Of a stretch of DNA of 64,000 nucleotides, positions 1 through 10,535 are shown in pieces. Every line of letters begins with the position of its first letter. The stretch's first letter is position 1. The notes beneath the pieces were generated by a model that was not told where the DNA came from, searched no databases, and was given only the letters and a program-made list of their open reading frames with translations. Position numbers and translations under genes: made by a program. This DNA is from Thermoanaerobaculia bacterium. GTDB taxonomy: Bacteria > Acidobacteriota > Thermoanaerobaculia > Multivoradales > Multivoraceae. The DNA is taken from positions 2,496,001 to 2,560,000 of the forward strand of contig OY761158.1 of the NCBI GenBank assembly GCA_963664405.1. Reading direction: 5' to 3'.

Positions 1-934
1 TCCCCCGGCGATAGGCGTTGCGTACGTAGCTGCCCGGCGGCCGGCTCTTCTTCCACATCGCGACCACGTAAGGCACGATCTCGAAATCCGCCCACTCGTC
101 CTCGGGCGACAGGAATGGGTGGGTGTCCGACGTGCCCTTGACCTGGGTGATCTCGACCAAGGGCTCGTTGCGCATGCGGGTCTCGGCGTAGGCCGCATCC
201 AGAGGATTGCCGTCGAAGGTGACGGTGTCGAACATGCGGCCGTCCGAGCCGTTCGAATTATGCGGGATCGCCAGCGCCTCGATGCCTCGGCCACGGAGCT
301 CGTCCATCCACGCCCACAGCTCTTCCGGATTGAGCGACTCGAAACGGCTGAAAGGCACATCCGGCCCGACACTGTCGCGGAAGATGACATTCCGGTGCAG
401 GTTGGCCGCGGGGTGGGAGGTGTACTCGTAGCCGATGAAGGCGGTGAACTCGCCAGGGTCGTTGTGGCGATTGGCCGCTTCGATCACCCGCGCCCACGCC
501 GAACGCTTCATGTCCAAGTCCATGTGCTTCAGCGCGAATTGCGACTGGTGGGCGTAGTCGGCCCGGCGTTTGCGAACGGTCGCCTTCTCTTGTGTGAAGC
601 GCGCCGCGCCAGGGATCTTCGACGCCGGATCCGCTGGATCAGCCATCGCATGGAGCACGCCGAGGTAGTTGGCATGATCGGTGACCGCGTAAAAATCCAA
701 GGGCCGGTCGAGCTGGATGTCGTACCCGCTGGGGTGGGGAATCGCTTCGCCCTTGGCGAAACGATAGGCGTCGTCCGGCGAGGTGCGGGTGCCGAAGCCC
801 CAAGCGTCGAGCGAAAGCCGCGTATGCACGTGAAGGTCGCCAAACAAGGCTTGGCGTTCTTCGGCATTCGCCACCGTGACCCAACCGAGCACGAAGACTG
901 AGAGACAGACAACGGGGCCGCTGGATCGCTTCAT
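1..934 (-). CDS. DUF3604-type PHP-fold secreted protein, N-terminal part (runs off left edge)
   Basis: Hand translation from ATG at 934: MKRSSGPVVCLSVFVLGWVTVANAEERQALFGDLHVHTRLSLDAW...DDAYRFAKGE...PLDFYAVTDHA. Motifs match the paralog at 55349-57430. Absent from the ORF track because there is no stop in the window. Confidence 0.85.
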   Translation of the reverse strand, partial: MKRSSGPVVCLSVFVLGWVTVANAEERQALFGDLHVHTRLSLDAWGFGTRTSPDDAYRFAKGEAIPHPSGYDIQLDRPLDFYAVTDHANYLGVLHAMADPADPASKIPGAARFTQEKATVRKRRADYAHQSQFALKHMDLDMKRSAWARVIEAANRHNDPGEFTAFIGYEYTSHPAANLHRNVIFRDSVGPDVPFSRFESLNPEELWAWMDELRGRGIEALAIPHNSNGSDGRMFDTVTFDGNPLDAAYAETRMRNEPLVEITQVKGTSDTHPFLSPEDEWADFEIVPYVVAMWKKSRPPGSYVRNAYRRG

Positions 935-1114
935 GATTGCCCTCTGCAAGACGATGATGATCGGACGGGCGAAAGCCTATCAGTCGATCTCGGAGGAGCC
1001 GCCGCGTCGCGAGCGTCATCGGCCCACTCAATGCGGAGCTCGGCAGTCCGCTTCCGGACCCAGTGGACCTTCCCCGATCAGCGTCGGAAGCACCTCTCGC
1101 CTGCCTCGGCTACA

Positions 1115-1280
1115 CTAGACCAGCGTTTCCAAAGTTCGCGTACATATCTCGGCCCCTTCTGCCCGCTGGCGGCGTTACGCCTCCTCGATATATTGCCCAA
1201 TATGCCTGCGTCGGCGCGCCTAGCCAGCGAACAGAATGACCTCGAGCTATGCAACCCGAACTTTGGAAACGCTGGTCTAG
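1115..1280 (+). mobile_element. Palindromic MITE copy 1 (166 bp incl. both CTAG)
   Basis: CTAG-ACCAGCGTTTCCAAAGTTCG...CGAACTTTGGAAACGCTGGT-CTAG; near-identical to six other copies. Confidence 0.9.
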
Positions 1281-1299
1281 CTCAGCTCGAGGATCGACT

Positions 1300-1698
1300 G
1301 TGCCGAGGACAGCCTTCCGATGGATCAATCTCGTATTCGCCCTGATGTTCCTTGCCTCGGGTGCGCTGCAATACAACGACCCGGATCCCCTGCGCTGGGT
1401 CCTCATTTACGGCGGCGCTGCAGCGGCCTGCCTCATCAGCAGCCCTCCAGCACTCAAACACGGCCTGCCGCTGTTGGTCGGTTCGGTGAGCCTGCTCTGG
1501 GCGCTCTTTCTGCTGCCGCGCATGCTCCCCGACTTCCGCTTCGGCGATCTCTTCCTGGCGATGAAGGCGGAAACACCGGCGATCGAATGGGGGCGCGAGG
1601 CGCTCGGCCTGCTGATCATCGCCGCTTGGATGATCGTTCTGCTGATGCGCCGCCGTGACCGCCAGTCCCCTGCTCCGACAAAGCAACGAGCTCTTTGA
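1300..1698 (+). CDS. TMEM220-like small membrane protein
   Basis: Motif LQYNDPDPLRWVLIYG, C-terminal EWGREALGLLI, hydrophobic segments; GTG at 1300 after GAGGA (ORF-track start lies inside the MITE). Confidence 0.75.
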   Translation: MPRTAFRWINLVFALMFLASGALQYNDPDPLRWVLIYGGAAAACLISSPPALKHGLPLLVGSVSLLWALFLLPRMLPDFRFGDLFLAMKAETPAIEWGREALGLLIIAAWMIVLLMRRRDRQSPAPTKQRAL

Positions 1699-1776
1699 CG
1701 TAAAAGGTTAAAACAAACAGCCCAACTACACGCATCTCTGCGTGACAACTGGAGAAGAAGAATGTACGTAATCGAC

Positions 1777-2395
1777 ATGTCTACGCTAAACAAAGAAGGT
1801 GAATTCGGCTCCAAGGAATGGGGCGAAGCCTGTGCCGCCGCTTCGGTGAAGATCCTGAAAGCGGCCAATTACCGGCAGACTTCGAGTGGGCCTTTACCGA
1901 GCGCTACACCCATCCACCCGCCAGACTGATGGAAGGCGGCCGCGAGAAGGCCGGCTACTACATCATGGTCAAGGATGGTGAGATCACCGGCGGAGACGGC
2001 GAGCCGGAAGAGGCCTTGGCTCTTCGAGCCTTCCACATCACTGCTCGATGGGCGGCCATCTGCAATCAATCCGGTGCCTTCTACGGCAAAGAAGGCGGGG
2101 CGAAGAGGCGGAAGGTGAGCAGGCGATGCGCCAAGCGATCGAAAAATACGTCGGCCGACCGGATCCCTAAGGAGAGGGTCCCTGGCCGGAGATCTGCTGG
2201 CCGGATACCGTCGCTGGCCCCCTGATGGCAGGCGCCGAGGAGGGTAACGGGCTGCACAACATCGCTGCAACAATGCAGACTCAGTCACCCGAATTCGTCG
2301 ACTATCCGGTTACCGAAATGCGCGTACCTATCTTCGATGAAATGACCGAGGAACAGAAGAAGGACTTCATCAAGCTCCTGCACATCGACATGTGA
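1777..2395 (+). pseudogene. Hypothetical protein broken by frameshifts
   Basis: Protein-like segments continue across frames: MSTLNKEGEFGSKEWGEACA / LPADFEWAFTERYTHPP...GAFYGKEGG / EEGNGLHNIAATMQTQSPEF...FIKLLHIDM*. Confidence 0.55.
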
Positions 2396-2453
2396 AGGTG
2401 GAATGGGTGAGGTCTACTGAGCCGAGGACTAGGAGCTGAAGAGGCAGCGCTGG

Positions 2454-3083
2454 TCACCGGTAAAGCGACTCCGCGTGCAGCCCGCCGTAGACCATCCATT
2501 GCAGGATGTAGTGCTCGTCGTGCACCAGGATCTCGGACACCACCTCGGGCGGATTCGTTCGCGTGTACTCGCGAATTCGGGTGTGGGTCGGAACTTCACC
2601 CACGTGCGGTTGCAGCGCGAAAGTGTTGTACTGCAGGCCTTCTCGTTCCGCCAGGCAGATCGTGTAGATGACCAGCATGTTGCCGGTGATCGGGAGGCGG
2701 TGCGCGTCTCCCATCGCCCAGCTGTTGCAGGAGTCTTCGTTCCGCTCGGACGCCGAGGCCCAAATCTGACGCACAGTCATGGTCTCTTCGTCTGTGCGCA
2801 GAGTGTGAGTGCGCCCGGCTCGAAGGCCGAGAAGGGCAAGCCCCTGCTGTGGATCCTGCTGCCGGTCGAAGGCGATATCCCACTCTCGCTCGCCGTCCGA
2901 CACCGAAACCGTGGTTGCGACCCGCTGGTCCGTCTCGAAGCTGAGAACGGCCGCAAGCGGTACCGCCGGGTTCGGGTTCTGGACCACCGACGGACCCTGG
3001 AGAAAGACAGCCGGGTCCGCGCGAGCAGCGCAGACAGCGAAGGTCAGCAGGAGGCCGATGAATGCCGTTCTCGTTCTTGCCAT
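2454..3083 (-). pseudogene. Aryl-sulfate sulfotransferase-like gene with large in-frame internal deletion
   Basis: Signal peptide and N-terminal domain (QNPNPAVPLAAVLSFETD...GLRAGRTHTLR) joined directly to the C-terminal part (DEETMTVRQIW...MGDAHRLPITGNML); only 209 aa. Confidence 0.6.
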
Positions 3084-3091
3084 GGATCGAG

Positions 3092-3628
3092 CTACCTCCT
3101 GTCCACCACGATCTGTCCGTCTTTGATGACCATCACGATCTTCTCGAGCGCCGCCAGGTCGTCGAGTGGGTTTGCTTCGAGCACAACGAAGTCGGCGCGC
3201 TTGCCCGGCTCGACGGTTCCGAGCTCTTTCTCTCTGCCGAGGAAGAATGCCGCGTCGTGGGTCAGCGATCTGAGAATGGTGCCTGGGGAGAGGCCGATTT
3301 CCTTCAACGCTTGTATCTCTCTTCGAGCGACACCGGCGACTTCGAGTGCTGCGGCTCTGTCGGTCCCGAAGGCGATTCGGACGCCGGCGTCTACCAGCGC
3401 CTCGACGTTCGCGTTTCCGGACTTGTAGATGCCGTCCATTACGTTCGGGGGAGCCCCGCGAGACGTCCTCGATCGCACGAAGTGCCCGTCAGGAGCGCGG
3501 AATCCACCGCGCGTGGTCGAGACGGTCACATCTGCATCGATGAGGAGGTCGGCGAGCTTCCCGATCGGGGCGTTGGAGACCCAAGGCGCGTGAACAAGTC
3601 GATCGGCGCCTGCCTCTATCGCCTCTAA
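3092..3628 (-). pseudogene. Amidohydrolase C-terminal fragment (5' truncated)
   Basis: EAIEAGADRLVH...GVRIAFGTD...LGTVEPGKRADFVVLEANPLDD...MVIKDGQ; no N-terminal HxH metal motif; upstream sequence is unrelated. Confidence 0.7.
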
Positions 3629-3633
3629 CCTTC

Positions 3634-3870
3634 GGCGTGACCGTGACCGGCGCGATGGACGGGCGGGCGACAGGCGAGATGATGGCGATCGACAAAGAGG
3701 CACCATCGGTGCAGCTGATCCGCTCGCCGGAGCACAAGTACACCGACGGCGACGTTCCAGCACTGGTGCCGGCCGCCGGCCTCGAAACGGTGGCGCGCGC
3801 GTTCGCCAAGATCATCGATGGAGCCAACGAGCTCGACCTCGCCAAGCTACAAGCCGGACCGAAACAGTGA
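3634..3870 (+). pseudogene. C-terminal fragment of an uncharacterised protein
   Basis: GEMMAID...QLIRSPEHKYTDGDVPALVPAAGLETVARAFAKIID; abuts the truncated amidohydrolase back-to-back with no promoter space. Confidence 0.4.
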
Positions 3871-3883
3871 ACAAATCTCGGCT

Positions 3884-4465
3884 CTATGAATCGGCCATGA
3901 GCTCGGCCAAAGACTCGAGGAGATCTGTTCCGCGATCGAGACCCAGCTCGCTTATCCTCTCGAGTGCTTGGCGCGCCGTCACCAAGTCTTCTTCGGTAGC
4001 GAAGCGCAGCAACGTCTTGGCGTCGACCAGGTCTTGATCGCGAGCTGCGAGCACCTTCACTGCAATCAGATGCCCACGAGCCGCCACCCGAAACTCGACC
4101 CCCGGCGAAACTTCGAGCCAATCCGCCGCAGCGACGACCTCCGGCTCGATTCCGGACGAGCAAAACAGCAGATCGACGACTACCCCGATCTCCTCTTCGT
4201 CCGGGGCGACCAGCCGGACTGTGGCCAGGCGATTCATCGTCGTTTCTTCGAGGAACTCGCCGACCCGATATCCGGCGTCGCGAAGAGAGGCCACGATCGC
4301 CTCAGCCTCTCGATCGTTCTCTACTGTCACGATGACGTCGACATCGCGCGTTGTTCTGGGCTCTGCGCGCACGGATAGCGCCAGGCCGCCGATCAGGGCG
4401 AAGGAGACGCCGATCTGGTCGAGATCCCTTGCCAACAAAAGGAGAACGCGCTCGAGTCTCGTCAC
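3884..4465 (-). CDS. menT: MenT1-like nucleotidyltransferase toxin
   Basis: ALIGGLALSVRAEPRTTRDVD...VVVDLLFCSSGIEPEV...HLIAVKVLA resembles M. tuberculosis Rv0078A (recalled); GTG overlaps the partner's TGA (GTGA). Confidence 0.8.
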   Translation of the reverse strand: MTRLERVLLLLARDLDQIGVSFALIGGLALSVRAEPRTTRDVDVIVTVENDREAEAIVASLRDAGYRVGEFLEETTMNRLATVRLVAPDEEEIGVVVDLLFCSSGIEPEVVAAADWLEVSPGVEFRVAARGHLIAVKVLAARDQDLVDAKTLLRFATEEDLVTARQALERISELGLDRGTDLLESLAELMADS

Positions 4466-4704
4466 GTGGAGAGTTCGCGGCGCGTGACTCGCCCGACACC
4501 GTCGCCATGCTCCGCACCGGGCCGGTGATGCAGCCACTCCCTGAGCAGGCGATGGAGCTCTTGCGGCGACGCGTCCGGGTTCCGTCGCCGTAGGTTCTGG
4601 GCCATGATGCGCTCAGCCGTCTCGGCGAGATCGAAGGCCAGTCGCAGCCGTTCTCTGGGAAGAGTCGAGAGCCCGCCGATACCCTTGGCGATGGCGTCTT
4701 CCAT
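4462..4704 (-). CDS. menA: MenA1-like antitoxin
   Basis: RLRLAFDLAETAERIMAQNLRRRNPDA...WLHHRPGAEHGD resembles Rv0078B (recalled); translationally coupled upstream of the NTase. Confidence 0.75.
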   Translation of the reverse strand: MEDAIAKGIGGLSTLPRERLRLAFDLAETAERIMAQNLRRRNPDASPQELHRLLREWLHHRPGAEHGDGVGRVTRRELST

Positions 4705-4795
4705 ATGTCGGATTCTATCCTGCCGTCCTTCGTCGCGAGCCTCGACAAGAGACATCACTTGTACTAGGTTCGTCAGCAAGAAGACGGAGGCTGCC

Positions 4796-7630
4796 ATGAC
4801 GCATCCAGCGACTCTTGTTCTCCCGCTCTTGCTCGCGTCTCCTCTGGTCTCTCAGCAACACCCCTTGCGGGCGCTCAACGTCGAGTTCGGCATCAAAGAC
4901 GCCGACCCTCAGACGTGGAACGGCTCGCTGAGCATCGACAAGGGAGAGATCGTCGAGCTTCGTGGGCACCAGTTCAAAGAGGGTGAGTCGATCGGGCCCG
5001 GCAGCTCCTGGACAGCACGCACCGATCCCTGGATTGCGCCAACAGGCGGGATGCACCCCCACGAGCTCCCATTCCCCCAACCGACACGGGTGCAGACCGT
5101 CGGCGTGACTGTTTATTACCGGGCCCCCGAGGACGCGACGATCTCGGTGACGACGACCAACGGCGATTTCTTCTTCAAGCCCGCGGATCTGCCGCCCTCC
5201 GACGTGATGCATCTCTTGGCGACCAAGGTCGAGGTGCGGCGCGTTCCGCCGGTCGAGGCGGTTACGACCGACGAGCTCGAAGACGACTACTCCACCATGG
5301 TCATGGGCAAGGATGGGACCCTGTCGCTGGCCTGGATCGGCTACAAGAGCGAAAAAGATCAGGTCTTCGTTCGTGAGCGCTTGGGGGGCGACTGGGGCTC
5401 CATTGCAGTCGTGTCGGGTGCATCCGGCGATCTGCAGGGGCTGGCTGCCGCGAACGATCGCGAGGGTGGGTTGCATCTCGTCTTCTCGAAACGCTTCGAC
5501 GGCAGCTGGCACCTCATGCACTCGCGTCGGTCAGGAGGGATGTGGAGCGCACCACAGGCAATCGTCTCGACCCCCGGCAACAATCTCTTCCCGGTGATGG
5601 CGGGCGATTGCCAGGGGAATCTGCATCTCGCCTGGCAGTCGGCTCGGCGCGCTTTCTCGTCGATCTACTACAAATCGTTCGACGGCTCGGCCTGGTCGGA
5701 TGCAGTACCTCTGAGTGACCCAGGAGCCGCCGCGAACGAGTGGATCCCAGACATCGCCACCGATACCAGGGGCACAGCCTGGGTGACCTGGGACAGCTAC
5801 GAGGGCGGCAGCTACAACATCCGACTGCGGCCGGTGCGCGAGGGACGCGCGGGGGATCTAATCCGGGTCACCGATACGCCCCGCTACCACGGCCTGCCCA
5901 ACATAGCCGTCGACGCCGAGGACCGGGTGTGGATCGCCTACGACGAAGCCGAGGCAAACTGGGGCAAGGACACAGGCTTCCTGCTCCGCGGCGGCGCAGG
6001 GATCTACCAATCGCGCACCACTCGCATCGTTATCTGGAACGGGAGCGCGTGGCTCGCCCCGCTGGATGACGTCAACCGCCACTTTCGTCCCAGCGTGCGG
6101 CGCTACGTGCAGACACCACGCCTCGAAGCGGACAGCAAGGGCCGGATGTGGCTGCTCTTAAGGCCGCGGGTGCGGGCGGTGAAGCAGGAGTCTCTGTGGG
6201 CGGGCGGTGGCAAATGGGATCTGATGGCGACTTTCTACTCGGGCGGACAGTGGGCGACGCCCACCAGCGTTCCCCAGAGCATCGGCCGTAATGAAGGGCC
6301 GATGGCTCTCGAGGCCGGCCCCGGTGGAGAGATGTTCGCCTCCTGGACCACCGATCAAAGGCTCTGGGGCAGTCCGTCGACCCTGTGGATCTATGACAAG
6401 AGTGGACCGACTTTCGGCCACTACCCGAAGGAGAACCAGATCTTCTTCGCCGAGATATCCGGGCAGTTTCGAGGTCAGAAGATCGACCCTCTGATCCTTG
6501 GAGAACGCGGCAGGGAAGATCCGGCCAACCTGCCCGCCGAGCCCCGCGAGGCGGAGCAAGTCGCAGCAATGCGCAACTACACGATCGACTCGGCTGGTAC
6601 CCAGTACAAGATTTATCGCGGCGACCTGCACCGCCACACCGACATCTCGCTCGACGGCTCCGGCGACGGCTCGCTCTACGACTCGTTCCGTTACATGATG
6701 GACGCTGCTGCGATGGATTTCTATCTGGTCACTGATCACAAGGGGACGAGCGACACCGAGTACGACTGGTGGCGGACCGAGAAGGCCGAGGACATGTTCC
6801 ATGTGCCTGGCAGGTTCGTGGCCCTCTTCGGCTACGAGCGCAGCCTGAGCTACCCCAACGGACACCGCAACATCATCTTTGCCGAGCGCGGCAACAAGCC
6901 GATCCCCATCACCCAAGAAGAGCGTGATTCGAGCACCGGACCGTACCTCTACGACGCACTTCGCAAGCAGAACGGGATCGCCACCTCTCACACCTCCCAC
7001 ACCACGATGGGGACCGACTGGCGCGACAACGATCCTGAGCTCGAGCCAATCGTCGAGATTTTCCAGGGAGCGCGGACCTCGGCCGAGCACGAGGGTGCGC
7101 CGCTGGCTTCGTCCGCCGCCCGCACCGACCTCTGGGCCGGCAACTACCGCCCGCTGGGGTTCGTCTCCCTGGCGTGGGCGAAGGGCTACAAGCTCGGCGT
7201 GCAGGCGAGCTCCGACCATGTTTCGACCCACACTTCGTATGCGATGGTGCTGACGGACGACTTCAGCCGCCAGGGGCTGGTCGACGCCATGCGCAAGCGC
7301 CACACCTACGCTGCGACCAGCAACATCATTCTCGACTACCGACTCCAGACCGGCGAGGGTGAGTGGATTCACGGAGATATCTTCTCTACCTCCTCGATCC
7401 CGACCCTAAAGGCCGTCATCCGCGGCACTGACAACATCAAGGAAGTCGTGGTCGTACGCGACAACGACTACGTCCACACCGTTACCGGCGACGGCGAGCG
7501 GATGGAGATCGAGTACCGTGAGCAGTCGCTGGAGAGCGGCGAGCACTTCTACTACGTGCGCGTCGAGCAGGAGGATGGCAACGTCGCCTGGTCGAGCCCG
7601 ATCTGGGTGACGAAAGACGACCTGGAGTGA
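4796..7630 (+). CDS. Large secreted protein: beta-repeat region plus C-terminal PHP/DUF3604-like domain
   Basis: GGAGG RBS and ATG at 4796; signal peptide; YRGDLHRHTD, DFYLVTDH, GHRNII, ASSDH, AWSSPIW. Confidence 0.8.
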   Translation: MTHPATLVLPLLLASPLVSQQHPLRALNVEFGIKDADPQTWNGSLSIDKGEIVELRGHQFKEGESIGPGSSWTARTDPWIAPTGGMHPHELPFPQPTRVQTVGVTVYYRAPEDATISVTTTNGDFFFKPADLPPSDVMHLLATKVEVRRVPPVEAVTTDELEDDYSTMVMGKDGTLSLAWIGYKSEKDQVFVRERLGGDWGSIAVVSGASGDLQGLAAANDREGGLHLVFSKRFDGSWHLMHSRRSGGMWSAPQAIVSTPGNNLFPVMAGDCQGNLHLAWQSARRAFSSIYYKSFDGSAWSDAVPLSDPGAAANEWIPDIATDTRGTAWVTWDSYEGGSYNIRLRPVREGRAGDLIRVTDTPRYHGLPNIAVDAEDRVWIAYDEAEANWGKDTGFLLRGGAGIYQSRTTRIVIWNGSAWLAPLDDVNRHFRPSVRRYVQTPRLEADSKGRMWLLLRPRVRAVKQESLWAGGGKWDLMATFYSGGQWATPTSVPQSIGRNEGPMALEAGPGGEMFASWTTDQRLWGSPSTLWIYDKSGPTFGHYPKENQIFFAEISGQFRGQKIDPLILGERGREDPANLPAEPREAEQVAAMRNYTIDSAGTQYKIYRGDLHRHTDISLDGSGDGSLYDSFRYMMDAAAMDFYLVTDHKGTSDTEYDWWRTEKAEDMFHVPGRFVALFGYERSLSYPNGHRNIIFAERGNKPIPITQEERDSSTGPYLYDALRKQNGIATSHTSHTTMGTDWRDNDPELEPIVEIFQGARTSAEHEGAPLASSAARTDLWAGNYRPLGFVSLAWAKGYKLGVQASSDHVSTHTSYAMVLTDDFSRQGLVDAMRKRHTYAATSNIILDYRLQTGEGEWIHGDIFSTSSIPTLKAVIRGTDNIKEVVVVRDNDYVHTVTGDGERMEIEYREQSLESGEHFYYVRVEQEDGNVAWSSPIWVTKDDLE

Positions 7631-7636
7631 CCCGAA

Positions 7637-8389
7637 ATGGGAAAGACCGCACATCCTCCCCTCCCCGAGGCGACCGCCGGTGCGAGAATGCTCTATCTCA
7701 TTCGACGCCGGCCTTCGACGTCGCGCGAAGAGCTCGTCGCGCACTGGTTCGCCAATCACATGTCCGCGGTGATCCAAGGTCAGCGCGAGCGCGCGGAGCA
7801 GGGGAAATCACACGCCCGCCGCTACATCGCGACTCTCTACGACGCCGACAAAGATGGCTCGCACCCCTGGGACGGGATCGCCCAGCTGTGGTTCGACCGG
7901 CCACTGCCGAGGCCAGAGGTGCCCCAGGGGACCCACCCCACCGACACCTTCCAGCAGAAGGCCGAGCCCTATATGCCCTGGGCAACGAAGGAGTACGTGA
8001 TCCTCGACGGCTCTCGGCATCTGCCGGTGGAGCCGCTGACCCTCAACCCGCCCTTCCCTTGCACCCGTTCGGGCTTTTTCAAAGTGAGCTTCCTGGTCGG
8101 CGCCAAAGAGGGCTGTGACTACGACGCCTTCTACGACCATTGGCTGCGCACTCACGTTCCCAACGTCCGCTCGGTGATGGAGGAAGTAGGTGGTTTCCGC
8201 TACGTCGTCGGCCACAGCCTGGAGCCCGAGGTGGAGCCCTATGCCGGGATCGCCGAGCTGTACTTCGCCGACGAGGGCGGCTGGAGCAGGTATCGAAGCG
8301 TCATCGAGCCCGATGGCATGGAGGAGTGGGTCGATGCCTCGAAGACGGTCGTGCTGCGTGCCCGAACCGAGATGATCGGGATTCCGTGA
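7637..8389 (+). CDS. Double EthD-domain protein
   Basis: Two repeats: SREELVAHWFANH...WDGIAQLWF and YDAFYDHWLRTH...YAGIAELYF. Confidence 0.8.
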   Translation: MGKTAHPPLPEATAGARMLYLIRRRPSTSREELVAHWFANHMSAVIQGQRERAEQGKSHARRYIATLYDADKDGSHPWDGIAQLWFDRPLPRPEVPQGTHPTDTFQQKAEPYMPWATKEYVILDGSRHLPVEPLTLNPPFPCTRSGFFKVSFLVGAKEGCDYDAFYDHWLRTHVPNVRSVMEEVGGFRYVVGHSLEPEVEPYAGIAELYFADEGGWSRYRSVIEPDGMEEWVDASKTVVLRARTEMIGIP

Positions 8390-8446
8390 GCGAGCTCGGC
8401 CGGGGAGTGCGCGGCACGATAGGATCGGTCGCCCGAACAAAGAAAG

Positions 8447-9325
8447 GTGGTCCCGATGACCGGACTCAGGCTCCTCCGCCGCACTCGCCTGGCCTCGCTG
8501 ATTCTCCTCGCGGCTACCCCGTCGAACGCACAGCTTCCCCCGACGCAGGCGGGATACGTCACTGTCGATCGTGGAGCCGAGCGCATCTATTTCGAAAGCA
8601 CCGGCAGTGGCGACGCCGTCATCCTCAGCCACGGCGCCGGTGGTAACCACGCCATCTGGGCCAATCAGGTCGTGCCCCTGGCAACGAAATACCGCGTGGT
8701 GACCTGGGATCAGCGCGGTTGGGGCAAATCGAGCAACGAGCGCGGTCTCGCCGGAAGTGCTGAGACCGCGGTCGAAGACCTTCGCAGCCTGCTCGATCAT
8801 CTCGGCATCGAGAAGGCGCACGTCGTCGGTCAGTCGATGGGCGGCTGGGTGGTTGCGGGGTTCGCCCTGCGCTACCCCGAGCGGACCCTCTCTCTGACCC
8901 TCGCCAACACCTACGGCGGGCTCTCCAACCCGTCGATGCGCAAGTGGACGGAGCCCGAGGCCCGCGCTAACCGCCTTCGCGTGCGGACCGCGGCCGGGCG
9001 TCCCACTTCCGGCGTCGGCATCAAGGATCCCGAGCGTGCCTTCCTCTACACCCAGATCCAGAGGCTGTCTCCGCCCCGCTCGCCGGCGCCGCTGGGACTT
9101 TCGCCGACGCAGTGGAGTCTCGACAAGGCACGCAGCCTCACCATGCCGATCCTCATCGTCTCCGCCCCCTGGGACGGACCCTTCGGGCCGGAGATCCTCG
9201 AGGAGCTGCACCAGGCGCTACCAGGTAGCCGCTTGGAGGTAATTCCCGACGCCGGCCACTCACCCTACTTCGAGCGTCCCGAGATCTGGAACCGGGTGGT
9301 CATGGACCACCTCGAGGGGCGATGA
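8447..9325 (+). CDS. Secreted alpha/beta hydrolase
   Basis: HGAGG, DQRGWGKS, nucleophile GQSMG, GHSPYFE. Confidence 0.85.
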   Translation: MVPMTGLRLLRRTRLASLILLAATPSNAQLPPTQAGYVTVDRGAERIYFESTGSGDAVILSHGAGGNHAIWANQVVPLATKYRVVTWDQRGWGKSSNERGLAGSAETAVEDLRSLLDHLGIEKAHVVGQSMGGWVVAGFALRYPERTLSLTLANTYGGLSNPSMRKWTEPEARANRLRVRTAAGRPTSGVGIKDPERAFLYTQIQRLSPPRSPAPLGLSPTQWSLDKARSLTMPILIVSAPWDGPFGPEILEELHQALPGSRLEVIPDAGHSPYFERPEIWNRVVMDHLEGR

Positions 9326-9347
9326 GAACAAGCCCGAGGGAGAAGAG

Positions 9348-9668
9348 ATGACGATCGAGATCCGCGACCCTCGTTTTCTGGACATCGTCGATGAGAGCCT
9401 GGAGCTCGAGACCCTGGCCGACGGCTTTCGCTTCACCGAAGGACCGATCTGGCATCCGCGCGAGCGACATCTCACCTTCAGCGACATCCCCTCGAACCGG
9501 CTGCATCGCTGGAGTGAAGAGGGTGGCCTGTCGGTCTATCGCGAACCCGCGGGCGGCCTTCCGCCCAGGAGGTGCCAGCCGAAAAGACCCGTATCCAAGC
9601 GACCGGAACATGCTCTCGAAGTGTTCGAGTGGCACCTCTCGGAGCCTCGGAAGCTCTCTTACCCTTAG
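9348..9668 (+). pseudogene. SMP-30/gluconolactonase N-terminal fragment
   Basis: LETLADGFRFTEGPIW...FSDIPSNRLHRW...YREP; similarity ends at ~9550. Confidence 0.7.
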
Positions 9669-9717
9669 CGAGCGCCCACAGCCGCCAATCCCAGAGAAAT
9701 AGCGGCCGATCTACAAG

Positions 9718-10515
9718 TTACCGGGAAGGTCCGCACGCCTTATCTGCGCAACTCTGAAGAAATCTTGCATCTTCGGCTGACAGACCTGCCGTGTAGCTGT
9801 TGCCCAACGCAGAGCGCCGGTAGATCGTGTCGAACAGGACACACGCGGCCAGATACGACCCTGCTCTCTTCGCATGGCTTCCATCGGGCATCCACAGCGG
9901 TAGCGCAGGCCGTTGGCGATGGGCCGATTGCCAGGCGAGGCCGACTGGAGCCACCCGAGCGTTGACTTCCCGAGCGAGCGTGACATACGCATCGTGGATC
10001 CGAGCTTGCATCTTGTCGTAGGTGTCGCCGTCCACATTGCCGGGGTCGCCTGGCTGTCGAGCCCATGTCATGAAGAAAATCGTCTGAGCGCCGCTGGCGC
10101 GAACCATCTCATCAAGCGTCTTCGCCGGAGTGTAGAACCACCTATCAAACCGCTCTGGATCGAACCCGAACGAGGGTCGCTGTTGCTGGTCCTGGAGTAC
10201 GACGTAGTCCCACCGTCCTCGGCGCAGGTGTCGCTGGATGCGCCCGTTAGTGAGGTGTTCGACGAAGCCTGCACCACCCGGTGCTTCCGTGACCTGGTGA
10301 AGCGGACGCTCAACTCCAGCGGCTGCCGCGAGTTCAGCAACCATCTTGGGCATGTCGTTGAAGTACGTGTGGCTGTTGCCGACGAACAGCACCCGCATTG
10401 CGTTCGCGGGTACGGGTACCGGAACTTGCTCCGGCTGCGTAAGTCTCCACAGGAGCGCAAGGCACCCTGCGAGAACGGTAACGCCAATCACCTTTCGCAA
10501 CACCGGATGTATCAT
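9718..10515 (-). CDS. SGNH/GDSL-type hydrolase
   Basis: VLFVGNSHTYFND, WDYVVLQDQ, APVGLAW, DGSH; ATG at 10515 (ORF-track start lies in MITE copy 2). Confidence 0.8.
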   Translation of the reverse strand: MIHPVLRKVIGVTVLAGCLALLWRLTQPEQVPVPVPANAMRVLFVGNSHTYFNDMPKMVAELAAAAGVERPLHQVTEAPGGAGFVEHLTNGRIQRHLRRGRWDYVVLQDQQQRPSFGFDPERFDRWFYTPAKTLDEMVRASGAQTIFFMTWARQPGDPGNVDGDTYDKMQARIHDAYVTLAREVNARVAPVGLAWQSAHRQRPALPLWMPDGSHAKRAGSYLAACVLFDTIYRRSALGNSYTAGLSAEDARFLQSCADKACGPSR

Positions 10516-10535
10516 AAGCGGCCTTGTCGTTCGCA

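Noticed and set aside
119-901. 260-aa plus-strand ORF
   Set aside because: Antisense shadow of the DUF3604 gene on the minus strand.
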